DNA of 35,583 nucleotides from a virus (taxonomy: Duplodnaviria > Caudoviricetes): the IMG/VR virus record IMGVR_UViG_3300023171_000032, positions 1-35,583 of that record; one strand, given 5' to 3'. A model generated the notes under the pieces. It did no database searches, was not told the origin of the DNA, and saw only the letters and a list, made by a program, of their open reading frames with translations. Of the stretch, positions 15,890 through 26,527 are shown piece after piece. Within the stretch, counting starts at the first letter, position 1; the number at the start of each line of letters is the position of its first letter. The position numbers were made by a program, and so were the translations under genes.

Positions 15890-17203
15890 ATGTTTAAACT
15901 ATTATCAGAAGCAGAATTGGCAAAATTGACTCCTGAACAAAGAGATCAGTATGCCAAAGACAAAGCTGCTCACGACAAGCAAATTGTTACCGATGCAGTT
16001 GCCGAAGCAACAAAAACTTTCACCAGCCAATTAGAGGCTTTGGAGAAGAAAATTCCAACAACCACTGATGAAACTGAATTAGCAACTATCAAAGGTCAGG
16101 TGACTGAATTGAAAGAGCAAATCAGAGTGATGAAAGACCTGGGTAATGCTGCAACAACTCCACAGAGCAATACGTTTGGTGCGTTGCTTGAAAAAGCATT
16201 GACTGAAGCATTACCAATGCTGAAGAAAATGAAAGCAGGCAATGAAGAAACAAAAGGCAAAGAACTTGAGTTGACTATCAAAGCAGCCGTAAACATGACC
16301 ACTGTTTCTGTTGCCAATGCTTCAGGTGTAACAACTCCTGATTCTTATGTGTACAGCCAAGTGACACAGTACGCTGCTGACATTCGTGCAAATGCGTACA
16401 TCATCAATTTCATGGACAATGGTACGACTGACAAACCTTCTTTGCCATACATGGACAAGGTTGCAAATCAAGGCAGCATGGCAATCACTGCTGAAGGTGC
16501 ATTGAAGCCGTTGATTTCATTCACGTTTGAGTTGAGATACTCAACAGCACAAAAAGTTGCAGGACGTGTTAAAGTTTCTGAAGAAGCTCTTGACGATATT
16601 CCTTATTTGATGTCAATCATCAATGGCGAATTGCGTTACGAACATGACATTGCTGAACAAGCTGCAATCTTCACAAAGATCAACGCTATTGCAGCACCTT
16701 TTGTGGCAGGTGGCATGGCTGCTTCTACTGCAACCCCTACCAACTGGGATGCAATCAGAGCGGTTATCTTCTACCTCGCAATCGTTTCCAAAGGTCGCTA
16801 CCGTGCAAACGCTGTATTGATCAAGTCTGTAGACTTGTACAACATGGGTGCAGCTAAAACCACATACGGACAATACGTACAACCTCCGTTTGTTTCTCCT
16901 GATCAATCTAAAGTGTGCGGTGTGCCTTTGATTGAAGTGTTTGATTCAACGGTTGCTGATGGTGCGTTCATTGTTGCTGACTTTAAAAAGTTGCACAGAT
17001 TTGTTTACAAATCTTTCAGCATCAGAATCGGTCAAGGTATTGTGGGTGATGCCACTGCTGCCAACATTGCTTCTGACTTTGAGAAGAACATGTACACAAT
17101 CATCGGTGAATCTCGTTTTCACTTGTGGGTATACAAGAATGAAGAACCTGCATTCATCAAAACAACTTTTGCAGCGGTTAAAACTGCAATTGCAGCAGCA
17201 TAA
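15890..17203 (+). CDS. major capsid protein (HK97 fold) with N-terminal coiled-coil scaffold domain
   Basis: TAEGALKP, KVAGRVKVSEEALDD, CGVPLIE, FIVADF, DFEKNMYTIIGESR, PAFIK. Confidence 0.93.
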   Translation: MFKLLSEAELAKLTPEQRDQYAKDKAAHDKQIVTDAVAEATKTFTSQLEALEKKIPTTTDETELATIKGQVTELKEQIRVMKDLGNAATTPQSNTFGALLEKALTEALPMLKKMKAGNEETKGKELELTIKAAVNMTTVSVANASGVTTPDSYVYSQVTQYAADIRANAYIINFMDNGTTDKPSLPYMDKVANQGSMAITAEGALKPLISFTFELRYSTAQKVAGRVKVSEEALDDIPYLMSIINGELRYEHDIAEQAAIFTKINAIAAPFVAGGMAASTATPTNWDAIRAVIFYLAIVSKGRYRANAVLIKSVDLYNMGAAKTTYGQYVQPPFVSPDQSKVCGVPLIEVFDSTVADGAFIVADFKKLHRFVYKSFSIRIGQGIVGDATAANIASDFEKNMYTIIGESRFHLWVYKNEEPAFIKTTFAAVKTAIAAA

Positions 17204-17228
17204 GTATTGCCCTTCGGGGCTTTACTTT
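17202..17228 (+). terminator. intrinsic terminator after the capsid gene
   Basis: GCCC TTCG GGGC TTTACTTT, a cUUCGg tetraloop hairpin extended by AAGTA/TACTT. Confidence 0.75.
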
Positions 17229-17260
17229 ATTAATTATTTATCACATTAAATTATACTACC

Positions 17261-17581
17261 GTGGCTAAAAACCAATTTAAAGAAAAATCAGTTGAAGAAA
17301 TCGCATTGATGTCTCCTGAAGAGCAAGCGATTTATGAAGCAGAAAAAGCAGCTGCTGAATCTTCTCCTGAAGTGAAAAAAGAAAAAGCATTAACCAATGA
17401 TTCACTTATCAAATCACAGGCTAATTACAAAGGTGATTCAGCACATGATCTTGTTAAGATTGAAATCATCAAAGAAGGTGATGGCAAAACCAATTTTTAC
17501 AAAAAAGGTGATACCGATGAAGTTCACCCGGCAACGGCTGAAATCTTCATTGAAAAAGGGATTGCTAAAAAGGTGAAATAA
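17261..17581 (+). CDS. small charged head-associated protein
   Basis: GTG start; KKGD..EVHP.TAE..IEKGIAK pattern common in genes after phage capsid genes. Confidence 0.65.
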   Translation: MAKNQFKEKSVEEIALMSPEEQAIYEAEKAAAESSPEVKKEKALTNDSLIKSQANYKGDSAHDLVKIEIIKEGDGKTNFYKKGDTDEVHPATAEIFIEKGIAKKVK

Positions 17582-17582
17582 C

Positions 17583-18137
17583 ATGGAGCCGTTCATAGAT
17601 ATAGATTACTTCATTGGTGAAATTTACATCGGGCAGGCTGAACAAGATGCAGTTGAAAAAAACGTATCTGTATTCATAAAAAAATATCAGAAACAGTTTT
17701 TGAAATTCGTTTTAGGTAAAGACCTGTATGATGCTTTTGAAGCCGGGCTTGAAGCTATTACGCCTGATCAGAAATGGTTAGACTTGAAAGCACAGTTAGT
17801 GGATGAAGAAGATTTCACAAGCCCTATTGCTCAGTATGTGTATTACTGGTATCAACAAGATAACACCACACAGACTGTAGGCACTGGACAAATGAAGCCT
17901 GAATCTTTGAACGGCTATATTGTTTCCAATACAGCAAAGAATGTTAAAGCGTGGAATGACATGGTTAAAATGAATCGTGAATTTTCTACATGGTTGTATG
18001 ATCATGCTGAAGATTATGATTTAGAGTACCCATATACGCCCGTATACATTTGGAACTATTATTGGCCTTGTCCGTATGCTTATCCTAATTCAGAGGCTAC
18101 TAATTTGTTTGCATTTAAGAATCAATTAAACTTTTAA
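17583..18137 (+). CDS. head-tail adaptor/connector
   Basis: Synteny; FLKFVLGKDLY, SPIAQYVYYWY. Confidence 0.65.
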   Translation: MEPFIDIDYFIGEIYIGQAEQDAVEKNVSVFIKKYQKQFLKFVLGKDLYDAFEAGLEAITPDQKWLDLKAQLVDEEDFTSPIAQYVYYWYQQDNTTQTVGTGQMKPESLNGYIVSNTAKNVKAWNDMVKMNREFSTWLYDHAEDYDLEYPYTPVYIWNYYWPCPYAYPNSEATNLFAFKNQLNF

Positions 18138-18138
18138 T

Positions 18139-18708
18139 ATGGCTTCAGAATTATTAGTTGAAATATTAGAAGATTTAGTTGCTGTTGTATCTACAAACAG
18201 ACTTGTTGAAATCAAAGAAGCGGAATACGCTGCCAATGCTACTGCTGTACATTATATGTATGGATCGGATGAAGAAATTGTTGCCCGGCTTTGCTCCTTA
18301 AGCAAGGATAAAGAAACTCGGCTACAAAAATATCCTTTAGTTTGGCTAATGACTCCGTTTGATCAGTTTCAAAAACGTGGTGAACTTGACAATTTGACTT
18401 TTGATATTCTTATCATCAACGGAACAAAGGCAGATTTAATAAGCCCACAACGTTATGAAAAAAATTTCATTCCAATATTAAAACCAATAGCTGATGAATT
18501 TCTGAATCAATTGCAAGTATTTAGTTATGGTAGATACAAGCCGTTTGAAACAGGAGAAATGGAAAATGGTTATAGGTTCAATGATTATTGGGGAAAGAAA
18601 AAAGCAGTTTCATCATCAAGCAATGCAAGTGCAAATACTTTACTAGATTTCTTAGATTGCATAGAATTACGAAACATTAAATTAAAATTAGAACCTAAAA
18701 ACTGTTAA
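18139..18708 (+). CDS. tail completion/terminator-like protein
   Basis: Synteny before the major tail protein; KYPLVWL. Confidence 0.55.
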   Translation: MASELLVEILEDLVAVVSTNRLVEIKEAEYAANATAVHYMYGSDEEIVARLCSLSKDKETRLQKYPLVWLMTPFDQFQKRGELDNLTFDILIINGTKADLISPQRYEKNFIPILKPIADEFLNQLQVFSYGRYKPFETGEMENGYRFNDYWGKKKAVSSSSNASANTLLDFLDCIELRNIKLKLEPKNC

Positions 18709-18714
18709 AAATTT

Positions 18715-19644
18715 ATGGGATTAAATCAAATTTCATGTGTAAAAAAAGGAGGCAATACAGGTGTTCCTAAATGCTTCCTTGATATTAAATACCTGTTTGG
18801 CATGTTCATTTTGCCAGTAGACAAAGTGTATGATGCAACTCAAACCTTAACAGCAGAGGCTTTGATAGCAGCGTTGGAGGCCGACACGCTTGATTTGGCC
18901 GAGGATAGAGTGTATCCTATTGGTAACTTTACCGGATTTGTTGACTCTTCTACTGATGCAACAAAAGAAACGCTTCAGTACGGTTCTGAATCTGTTACCA
19001 ATGACGGAAAATACAAGTGGGCTTACTCTTACAAAAAAGGTGGCGTATGCTTGAATAAAGCATTGCGTAAATTCAATGGTGGTTCATACGCTGTTTTATT
19101 CTATGACATCAATGGAGTGTTGTACGGATGGAAAGACGGCGATAATTTCAGAGGCATTCCTTTGGAGTCTTTGTACATTCCTAAATTGAAAATAAACGAT
19201 TATGCAACCTCAACTGTTTATTCAATTGAAATGGTTCATGATCCTATCTACCTAAACGACAACATAGGGTTCGTTGAAGGCTCTGTAACTGCATGGCAAG
19301 GAATCACCGGAATCAACGATGTTGCGCTTTCCGGTACTCGTGCCGCTGCTGTTGTAACTGCAAAAGCAAAAACAGGATGCTCTGCAACTGATCTTTATGA
19401 TTTGTATGCGACAGAACTTGCTGCTGCTGCTGCATGGAAAGCCACGAATCCAATTACGGGCAACGACATCGGTATTACCTCTGTGGCTGCTGTTCCTAAC
19501 TCCAAGTCATGGGCTATTACGTTGACCGCTGCCGATCCTGATTATGTAACAACAGGCGTAGTTATTTCTCTCGCTTCTCCTGCGGTATTGGACGGATTGA
19601 ATGTAAGTAAATATGAGTCCAATACATTCACTGTTGCTGTTTAA
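18715..19644 (+). CDS. major tail tube protein
   Basis: Synteny, size, C...GNTG...C N-terminus, Ala/Thr-rich beta C-terminal domain. Confidence 0.7.
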   Translation: MGLNQISCVKKGGNTGVPKCFLDIKYLFGMFILPVDKVYDATQTLTAEALIAALEADTLDLAEDRVYPIGNFTGFVDSSTDATKETLQYGSESVTNDGKYKWAYSYKKGGVCLNKALRKFNGGSYAVLFYDINGVLYGWKDGDNFRGIPLESLYIPKLKINDYATSTVYSIEMVHDPIYLNDNIGFVEGSVTAWQGITGINDVALSGTRAAAVVTAKAKTGCSATDLYDLYATELAAAAAWKATNPITGNDIGITSVAAVPNSKSWAITLTAADPDYVTTGVVISLASPAVLDGLNVSKYESNTFTVAV

Positions 19645-19646
19645 GT

Positions 19647-19838
19647 ATGAAGTACAGTATTCCTGTTGTTGACTTCAATAGCGAACAGGTTAAGAAGCAA
19701 ACTAAAGAACAGTTTATAGCATCTCAACCTCACTTGGTAAAAGCCGGGTACGACTTAGGAGCCGAATACGATAAGATCGTAGGGAAACCAAAGAAAGAAG
19801 AAAAAAAAGATGAAGGGAACGATAAAAGGACTGCTTGA
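19647..19838 (+). CDS. small hypothetical tail-region protein
   Basis: 63-aa ORF directly after the tail tube gene. Confidence 0.65.
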   Translation: MKYSIPVVDFNSEQVKKQTKEQFIASQPHLVKAGYDLGAEYDKIVGKPKKEEKKDEGNDKRTA

Positions 19839-20256
19839 GAGAGTAGAACAATTAAACCTTGAGAAAGAAGTGCCGGAAATAGTGAGAGCTACATCCGGCA
19901 CTTTAATTTCTTTAAACCAAAAGCAACTTTTTAATCAAGGGGTCAATGCTGATGGTGAAGTGATAGGAACATATTCATTTCTAACAGAAGTGATAAGTAA
20001 AGGCAGGAAAAAGCAGGGAACTCATTACACTTTATATGATAAAGGTGGATTTTTTAAAGGATTTAAAATAAAAGTAGACACTTCAAAAATAACTTTTGAT
20101 TCAAGTGATTACAAGACATCATTGCTTGAAGATAGATTGGGAAATACAATTTTCGGACTCACAAAGGAAAGTAAATTTACATATATCAGAGGTGCTTTTA
20201 GTTCAAGAATAAAGAGTTATATTGAGAAGACAACGGGGCTTAAAATGACTAAATAA
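19810..20256 (+). CDS. neck/tail completion protein
   Basis: LNQKQLFNQG.NADG, YTLYDKGGFF, IFGLT; synteny. Confidence 0.55.
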   Translation: MKGTIKGLLERVEQLNLEKEVPEIVRATSGTLISLNQKQLFNQGVNADGEVIGTYSFLTEVISKGRKKQGTHYTLYDKGGFFKGFKIKVDTSKITFDSSDYKTSLLEDRLGNTIFGLTKESKFTYIRGAFSSRIKSYIEKTTGLKMTK

Positions 20257-20859
20257 ATGAAGTTGGTTTATAAAAAATGCAACGAATTGCCATTATATAT
20301 TTTCATAGAAGTTCTAGTGAATGGGAGTGTAGAGCATCTTGTAAAAAATGATATTTTTTTAAAAATATTCAGCAAAAAACAATTGCAGAATATTTGGGAT
20401 GAAATTTTTGCTGAATATCAAATATTAATGGATGATAAAAACGCAAATATTTCATTTGAACTATATAGAGATATTCACGTTTTTCACAATAAAATAACCA
20501 TAATAAACGCATTGGTTTTTTTATTAAGACAATCTTATTCCCCCGGAGCTATTGAGTTATTACGGGGGGAGGGTTTCAATTTTAAATTTACCAAAGAAAC
20601 TTATTTAGACGATTGCAATAAGGTTATATCCAGGGCGAAGAGCATAGTGATGCAGATAATTGAAAAAGAATATGAATATAATGAATTAAGAAAAAATAAT
20701 GATAATGAAATAAAAGAAACAGATTATACTGATTTGCTTTTTGAGATAAGCAAGACAGCCGGGCATAGGTTATCAGCCAGGGAGATAACTGTAACTGAAT
20801 TTGTATCAGCATATAATTCTTATAAACGAGCAATAGAGAGGGCTAAAAATAATGAGTAA
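20257..20859 (+). CDS. putative tail assembly chaperone
   Basis: Immediately upstream of the tape measure gene; ends ...EITVTEFVSAYN. Confidence 0.5.
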   Translation: MKLVYKKCNELPLYIFIEVLVNGSVEHLVKNDIFLKIFSKKQLQNIWDEIFAEYQILMDDKNANISFELYRDIHVFHNKITIINALVFLLRQSYSPGAIELLRGEGFNFKFTKETYLDDCNKVISRAKSIVMQIIEKEYEYNELRKNNDNEIKETDYTDLLFEISKTAGHRLSAREITVTEFVSAYNSYKRAIERAKNNE

Positions 20860-23800
20860 TGACTATAGATTAGAAGAGTTTGTTTCCAATGAAGGTTTTA
20901 AACAAATAACTCGTCTTAAAAAAGAATTGGGTGAAGCTCAAAAATTACTAGTTGATTCAGCAGGTGCCGCTGCAAAATTCAATGAATCATTAAGTAAAGC
21001 TTCGTCTGCAAAAGAATTTTCAGCAAATGCTGACAAAGCCGCTATTGCCGTACAGCGCCTTGCAAGGGAAACCGCAAATGCTCAACTAGCTCAAAGCAAA
21101 CTTGATTTATTTCAGGAAAGCATTACCCAGAAAGCGTTAGCCCGTATTGCAAAAGAAGAAGCTGCAATAGCTAAAAAAACAAAAAAAATTGTATCTAATT
21201 CCCAAATTGAAGTAGATGCTTATAATAAGTCAGCAACAGGAGCGGGTAAAACAGGCACCGCTGTAAACGATTTAGACAAGGCACAGGCAGCCGCCGCTAA
21301 TTCAGCAACCCAATACTCAAAAGCTAACCAACAATCAGCACAGGCAGCCGCTAATGCAGCCTCTGAGATTGACAAAGAATATGTTGAGTTGTCTGATCTT
21401 GATAAGTTACTGAATAAGACAACAGGAACTTTAAAACAGAATGTTGATCAACAAGTAAAATATGAAATAGAATTACGCCAAATCTCTCAGGAGCAAAAGA
21501 AATTGCGTGATGCGTTTGATTCTGGGACATTGTCGGAGCAAAAATACATTGCTGCTACTTCAAATCTAACTGTAAGAGAAGGAGAGTTAAAGGCTGGACT
21601 TCTTCAAACTAATTTAGCGATTAGGCAACAACAAAAAGAAAACGTTGCTGCTGGTAGCACCACTGAAGGATTACAAGCAAGACTTGACAGGCTACGTACA
21701 GCATACAGGGGACTAACTGATGAAGAAAAGAAAAATAGCGCTGTTGGTGGCGTATTCTTGAAAAACATCAAAGATATTGATGCCCAAATAAAGAAAACAG
21801 AAGGCAGCATGGGCAACTTCACCAAACAAGTTGGTGATTATGGCACAAAAGCTATTACGGCATTATCTTCTGCATTCATTGCATTCTTTGCTGTGAATAA
21901 GTTTAAAGATTTAGTTGTTGATGTATTTAAGGTTACTGCCGAATTTGAAAAACTTGAGTCAGTACTTACAAATACGCTTGGTTCAAAATCTCTTGCAAAA
22001 AAAGCATTAGATGATATTCAAAACTTTGCAAAAACTACACCCTTTGGCGTTCAAGAGGTTGCTGGGGCTTTTGTAAAATTAGCCAATCAAGGTTTTGTGC
22101 CTACTGTCAATCAATTGAAAAAGATGGGAGACCTTGCGGCTTCAACTGGTAAAACTTTTGATCAGTTAGCTGAAGCAATTTTAGATGCAAGACAAGGTCA
22201 ATTTATTCGTTTGCGCGAGTTTGGTATACGAGGAGAAAAAGACGGAGATAAGGTAAGGTTAACATTTAAAGGTGTAACGACTGAAATAAAAAACAGCGCT
22301 GCTGCAATTGATAGTTACATAGTAGGCTTAGGAGATTTAAAAGGAGTGTCAGGGGCTGCTGCTGCTGTGTCTCAGACACTAGGAGGGCAGATAAGTAATC
22401 TTGGTGATGCATTCGATCAGTTCTTATTAAAAATTGGAGAGGGACGATTAAAGCCTATTTTTGCAGGGGTTGTTAACGGGTTAACCTCTATTCTTAATGT
22501 ATCAATTGATTTGGTCAAAACCTATGATCAAAGATTGAATGATATTCAAAATGAAAGAATATCAAAAGATGTCGAAGCAAGGAAAGTTGCCAATGATAAA
22601 GAAATTCAGGATAGAGTTGATAAAGGAGAAAAATTAATTGCCGTTCAGCTTGATGTTTACAAAAGAGAAGAAGCTTTGCAAAAAGAATTTAGAGATAAAG
22701 ACACTCAATTACTTCAGTTTAAAAATGCTGAGTTAATAGGATTAGAGAAGGATTTAGCTAATGAACGAAAAAACAATGGCGCAACTGACACTGCTAGGCA
22801 ATTGAGTCAACAAGTCAGTGATGCAAAATTATACATTCGTCAGTATGAATATGATTTAAAGAAACGAACATTCTTAGCCGATGATTACGCACAAAAAATA
22901 AATACTATTGAGAAAAACGCTGCTACTGCAAATGCTGATGAATTAAAAAAGATACGTGATTCTGAATATCTATTAGCAAAACAAAGACTTGAAATTGCTC
23001 GTGATACATCCGGTGTTATTGTAAAAGATGAAAAGGAAGATTTTAATACAAGAATAACAGCCGCTGGAGTTTTTTATGACAAACAAATTAAATTAGCAAA
23101 ACTTACTAGTAATCATGATCTAAAGCAAGAAGGGATTGATGCAAATGACAAAATAAGAATCAGAGAAAAACTAAAAAACGATTTAATTAAAATTGACTTA
23201 GATAAAAACAAAGAGCTAAATGATATTGCGGTAAAAGCTGGTCGTGAAGCTGAAGCGGAGTTTGATCGAATTGCCTCTAAAGAGCAAAGAGATAGATTGA
23301 CCGCCAATAAAACCGCACTTCTAGCAATTGAAGAAGCCAGGGATAATGAACTTTCTAATATAGTAGGTAATTCTCAAGCTGCTGCTGACAAAAGATTTCA
23401 GATAGAAAGAAAATATGCTCTTCAGTCCATATCATTAGAAATAGACCAAACACAAGCTATTTTAGATCAACAAAAAATAAGGGCACAAGGTGATGTTGGT
23501 TCACTCAATAAAATTCAGGAATTAGAAACACAATTAGCTGCACTTAGAAGAAAGTATAGAGAAGAAGAAGATAAGGAGGATGTAAAAGGTAACAAAAGAA
23601 AGCTTAAGAATTTTAAGGAGTTTCTAAAGGAGTATGGAGCTGCATTACAAGAGGTATTGAATGGTATAGGCCAATTAGCAGATGCGTTATTTGAAAAACA
23701 ACTTCAAGGCATTGAACAACAAAAAAATGATCAACAAGAATATTATGATGCACAAAAAACTAATATTGAAAATTCTACAGCATCTGAAGAAGAAAAGAGG

Positions 23801-24451
23801 TCTAAAATAGCTTTATTGGATGCAAAAGATGCAGCAAGGAAAAAAGAATTAGCTGATAAAGAACAAAGGATAAAATTACAACAAGCAAGGGTTGATAGGC
23901 TTATTCAAATAGCAAATATTATTGCCTCAACGGCTCAGGCTGTAATTTATCAATATGGTGTTGGCGATCCATATACAGCACCAGAAAGGGCGGCATTAGC
24001 TGGAATAATTGGAGCTATACAACTAGCAACAGTTCTTGCAAGTCCTTTACCAGCTTACGAAAAGGGTGGTGTTCACCCTAAAGATGGCATGGCTTTGTAT
24101 GGTGAAAAAGGTGAAGAATTATATATAATGCCTGACGGACAAATGGGTTTAACACCTTCAACCCCTACAGTTGGCTTTGTTCCCGGTGGAACAGAATTTT
24201 TATCTCATGATAGATTGAAAAATATGATTGCCAAAGGAACATTAAGTAATTTCGTTTCTGATAATTCAACAAAAATTGATTTCAATTTAGGTAAATTAAT
24301 GATGAATGATAATAAGAATTTCCAAGATTTGAAAAAGCAATTCGGCAAAAGAACACTAAATACCACTATCACAGAAAAAGGATTACGACATGTGTATTCT
24401 GATCAGAATAGCAAAACAACATATTTAAATAGAAATTTAAGAAGAAGATAA
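20852..24451 (+). CDS. tail tape measure protein
   Basis: 1199 aa, helical and Ala-rich; FAKTTPFGVQEV, MGDLAA, SQTLGGQISNLGD; C-terminal PAYEKGG...GEKGEE. Confidence 0.93.
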   Translation: MSNDYRLEEFVSNEGFKQITRLKKELGEAQKLLVDSAGAAAKFNESLSKASSAKEFSANADKAAIAVQRLARETANAQLAQSKLDLFQESITQKALARIAKEEAAIAKKTKKIVSNSQIEVDAYNKSATGAGKTGTAVNDLDKAQAAAANSATQYSKANQQSAQAAANAASEIDKEYVELSDLDKLLNKTTGTLKQNVDQQVKYEIELRQISQEQKKLRDAFDSGTLSEQKYIAATSNLTVREGELKAGLLQTNLAIRQQQKENVAAGSTTEGLQARLDRLRTAYRGLTDEEKKNSAVGGVFLKNIKDIDAQIKKTEGSMGNFTKQVGDYGTKAITALSSAFIAFFAVNKFKDLVVDVFKVTAEFEKLESVLTNTLGSKSLAKKALDDIQNFAKTTPFGVQEVAGAFVKLANQGFVPTVNQLKKMGDLAASTGKTFDQLAEAILDARQGQFIRLREFGIRGEKDGDKVRLTFKGVTTEIKNSAAAIDSYIVGLGDLKGVSGAAAAVSQTLGGQISNLGDAFDQFLLKIGEGRLKPIFAGVVNGLTSILNVSIDLVKTYDQRLNDIQNERISKDVEARKVANDKEIQDRVDKGEKLIAVQLDVYKREEALQKEFRDKDTQLLQFKNAELIGLEKDLANERKNNGATDTARQLSQQVSDAKLYIRQYEYDLKKRTFLADDYAQKINTIEKNAATANADELKKIRDSEYLLAKQRLEIARDTSGVIVKDEKEDFNTRITAAGVFYDKQIKLAKLTSNHDLKQEGIDANDKIRIREKLKNDLIKIDLDKNKELNDIAVKAGREAEAEFDRIASKEQRDRLTANKTALLAIEEARDNELSNIVGNSQAAADKRFQIERKYALQSISLEIDQTQAILDQQKIRAQGDVGSLNKIQELETQLAALRRKYREEEDKEDVKGNKRKLKNFKEFLKEYGAALQEVLNGIGQLADALFEKQLQGIEQQKNDQQEYYDAQKTNIENSTASEEEKRSKIALLDAKDAARKKELADKEQRIKLQQARVDRLIQIANIIASTAQAVIYQYGVGDPYTAPERAALAGIIGAIQLATVLASPLPAYEKGGVHPKDGMALYGEKGEELYIMPDGQMGLTPSTPTVGFVPGGTEFLSHDRLKNMIAKGTLSNFVSDNSTKIDFNLGKLMMNDNKNFQDLKKQFGKRTLNTTITEKGLRHVYSDQNSKTTYLNRNLRRR

Positions 24452-24453
24452 TT

Positions 24454-26526
24454 ATGCAGAAGCCTGATTTTAGATTTCAGATAATAGCTTTTAAAAATAG
24501 ATACACATTGGCTCATTCTCCGGTAGGTTGGGAGGATATAGAGTTCAGTGGAGAAAAGACAGAGTTGTATAAGGTTATTAGGAGATCATTTTCATCTACA
24601 CTGAAATTTGTAGTAGAAGGTGCAGACATCTTATCAAATGTTTTTTTTGAAGAAGGAATTGATGGAGAAGCTCAATTAATCATAGATGAATTTAATACAG
24701 ATAATTATTTATATGAAAATATTGTAACAGCCGATTTTGATTTCTCAACATTTTCAAAAGATGAAGATGGAGTATCTATAAAAACTTTAGACGTGGGAGT
24801 TGTTGCAAATTTAATTGCACATGATGCCACAACTTATGAAGTTCCTTTAGATTACAATCCGGAAGCAGTTACTATAAATATTGGATCATTGTCCGTAGAT
24901 GAACACGCCGATTGGGTTACTGTTGAACAAAACGCTTTTGCTTTTAATAATATAATTCAGCCTTCAATAATATTACAAGATGATACCACTTCTGATGAAT
25001 TAGCTATACCCAACAGCGTTTCTTATTATGCAGGTTCTTCTACAATAGGGGTTACGTCTTTTATTAGCTTTGGAGCTAATCTAACAGCTAATCTAACAGG
25101 CAACGCATCTGTAAGAATTGGAATTAATCAAAATTGGCCTAGTAATACAATAGGTAGGATGTTTGTTTTTTTGAGAGATTTAAATAGTAGTGATGTCTAT
25201 TTATTAAAAACAATATTTTATGATCAGACTTTGGGAAGATTTCAAACTTTTAATTTCGATATAAATAAAACTGTTTCAGTAACTAATACAACTCAGTTTG
25301 CATATTACTATGCCTATGGACAGCCTATAGGTGATTCACCTGATTCGGCACCTGGATTTTATATAGATGTAAAGGCGTTAAATTTAAAATTTCAATACAA
25401 TGCGTATGAAGATGATTACATCTGTAAGGGCTTGCGTCCTATGTCGCTGTTTCGTTCATTAATTGAGCAAATAAATCCGGGGATAGATACAGAAACAATT
25501 TCAAATATATTATCTACATCACCTTGGAACAGGTTATGCGTGACATCCGGGGATAGCTTAAGAGCCATCCCCGGCGCGGTTATAAAAACAAGTTTAGAAG
25601 ACGCTTTTACCTCTTATAATGCAGAATTAAATTTAGGATTAGATTCATATGATAATAAGATAATAATTGAAAAATATTCTTTCTTTAGAAATCAATTTAA
25701 AAGAAAATTACAATTAGGTGAGGTTAAAAATTTAACCTTTGACCCTGATTTACTATATGCTTATAGTGGAATAAGTGTTGGTTATGATAATCAAGAATAC
25801 AGAACTCTAAACGGAAGGGATGAACAAAACACTCTGGAATCATGGGTTACAAAAAGCAATAGAGTACAAACTATAAAATTAATTAAAAGCGTATACCGTG
25901 CTGATAGTCGGGGTATGGATCAATTAATAATTGACAACAGGCAAAATCAAACATCAGACACAAAAAGTGATAACGAAATTTTCTTTGTTTATTTAAAAGA
26001 ATTTGCTGAAGAAGATGGGTCATTCAAGCCTGAGGGGGTAGATATATATGCGAATGTAGAAGGCTTAGCTTCATTAGACAGATCGTATAATACTATACTT
26101 TCTCCACGTCATATGCTACTTAGGAATGCGGGAGAGTTAGCCATACAAATGGCAATACAACAAAAAGGTCAAATCACATTTAAATCTTCAGAAAAAAATG
26201 CAAACATGGTACTGACTAATTTTGATGGATCAAAATTTATAGAAAAGGGCGAAATTAATTATGAAGATATTTCAAATCCTATTTCATTACCAGTGATAGC
26301 CACGTTTGAAACATCAATAACAAATAAAAAATTCAAAGATTTCATAGAAGATAAAAGCAATTATGGCTATATTGAGTTCAAGTATAAAGGTAAAATACTA
26401 GAAGGATTTGCTGATAAGGATTCATTTATTATAGATAAAAATATATCTAAACAAATTAAAGTTTCAATGAGTCCTAGGTCATTATTAGCATTGCAAGAAT
26501 TAAACAAAAAAATACCGAGAGTATAA
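24454..26526 (+). CDS. tail tip/baseplate hub protein
   Basis: Directly after the tape measure gene; beta-rich, 690 aa. Confidence 0.65.
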   Translation: MQKPDFRFQIIAFKNRYTLAHSPVGWEDIEFSGEKTELYKVIRRSFSSTLKFVVEGADILSNVFFEEGIDGEAQLIIDEFNTDNYLYENIVTADFDFSTFSKDEDGVSIKTLDVGVVANLIAHDATTYEVPLDYNPEAVTINIGSLSVDEHADWVTVEQNAFAFNNIIQPSIILQDDTTSDELAIPNSVSYYAGSSTIGVTSFISFGANLTANLTGNASVRIGINQNWPSNTIGRMFVFLRDLNSSDVYLLKTIFYDQTLGRFQTFNFDINKTVSVTNTTQFAYYYAYGQPIGDSPDSAPGFYIDVKALNLKFQYNAYEDDYICKGLRPMSLFRSLIEQINPGIDTETISNILSTSPWNRLCVTSGDSLRAIPGAVIKTSLEDAFTSYNAELNLGLDSYDNKIIIEKYSFFRNQFKRKLQLGEVKNLTFDPDLLYAYSGISVGYDNQEYRTLNGRDEQNTLESWVTKSNRVQTIKLIKSVYRADSRGMDQLIIDNRQNQTSDTKSDNEIFFVYLKEFAEEDGSFKPEGVDIYANVEGLASLDRSYNTILSPRHMLLRNAGELAIQMAIQQKGQITFKSSEKNANMVLTNFDGSKFIEKGEINYEDISNPISLPVIATFETSITNKKFKDFIEDKSNYGYIEFKYKGKILEGFADKDSFIIDKNISKQIKVSMSPRSLLALQELNKKIPRV

Positions 26527-26527
26527 A

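Noticed and set aside
19800-19812. A8 run as a tail-chaperone programmed frameshift site
   Set aside because: A -1 shift hits TGA immediately; the +1 frame has its own ATG, so no frameshift is needed.
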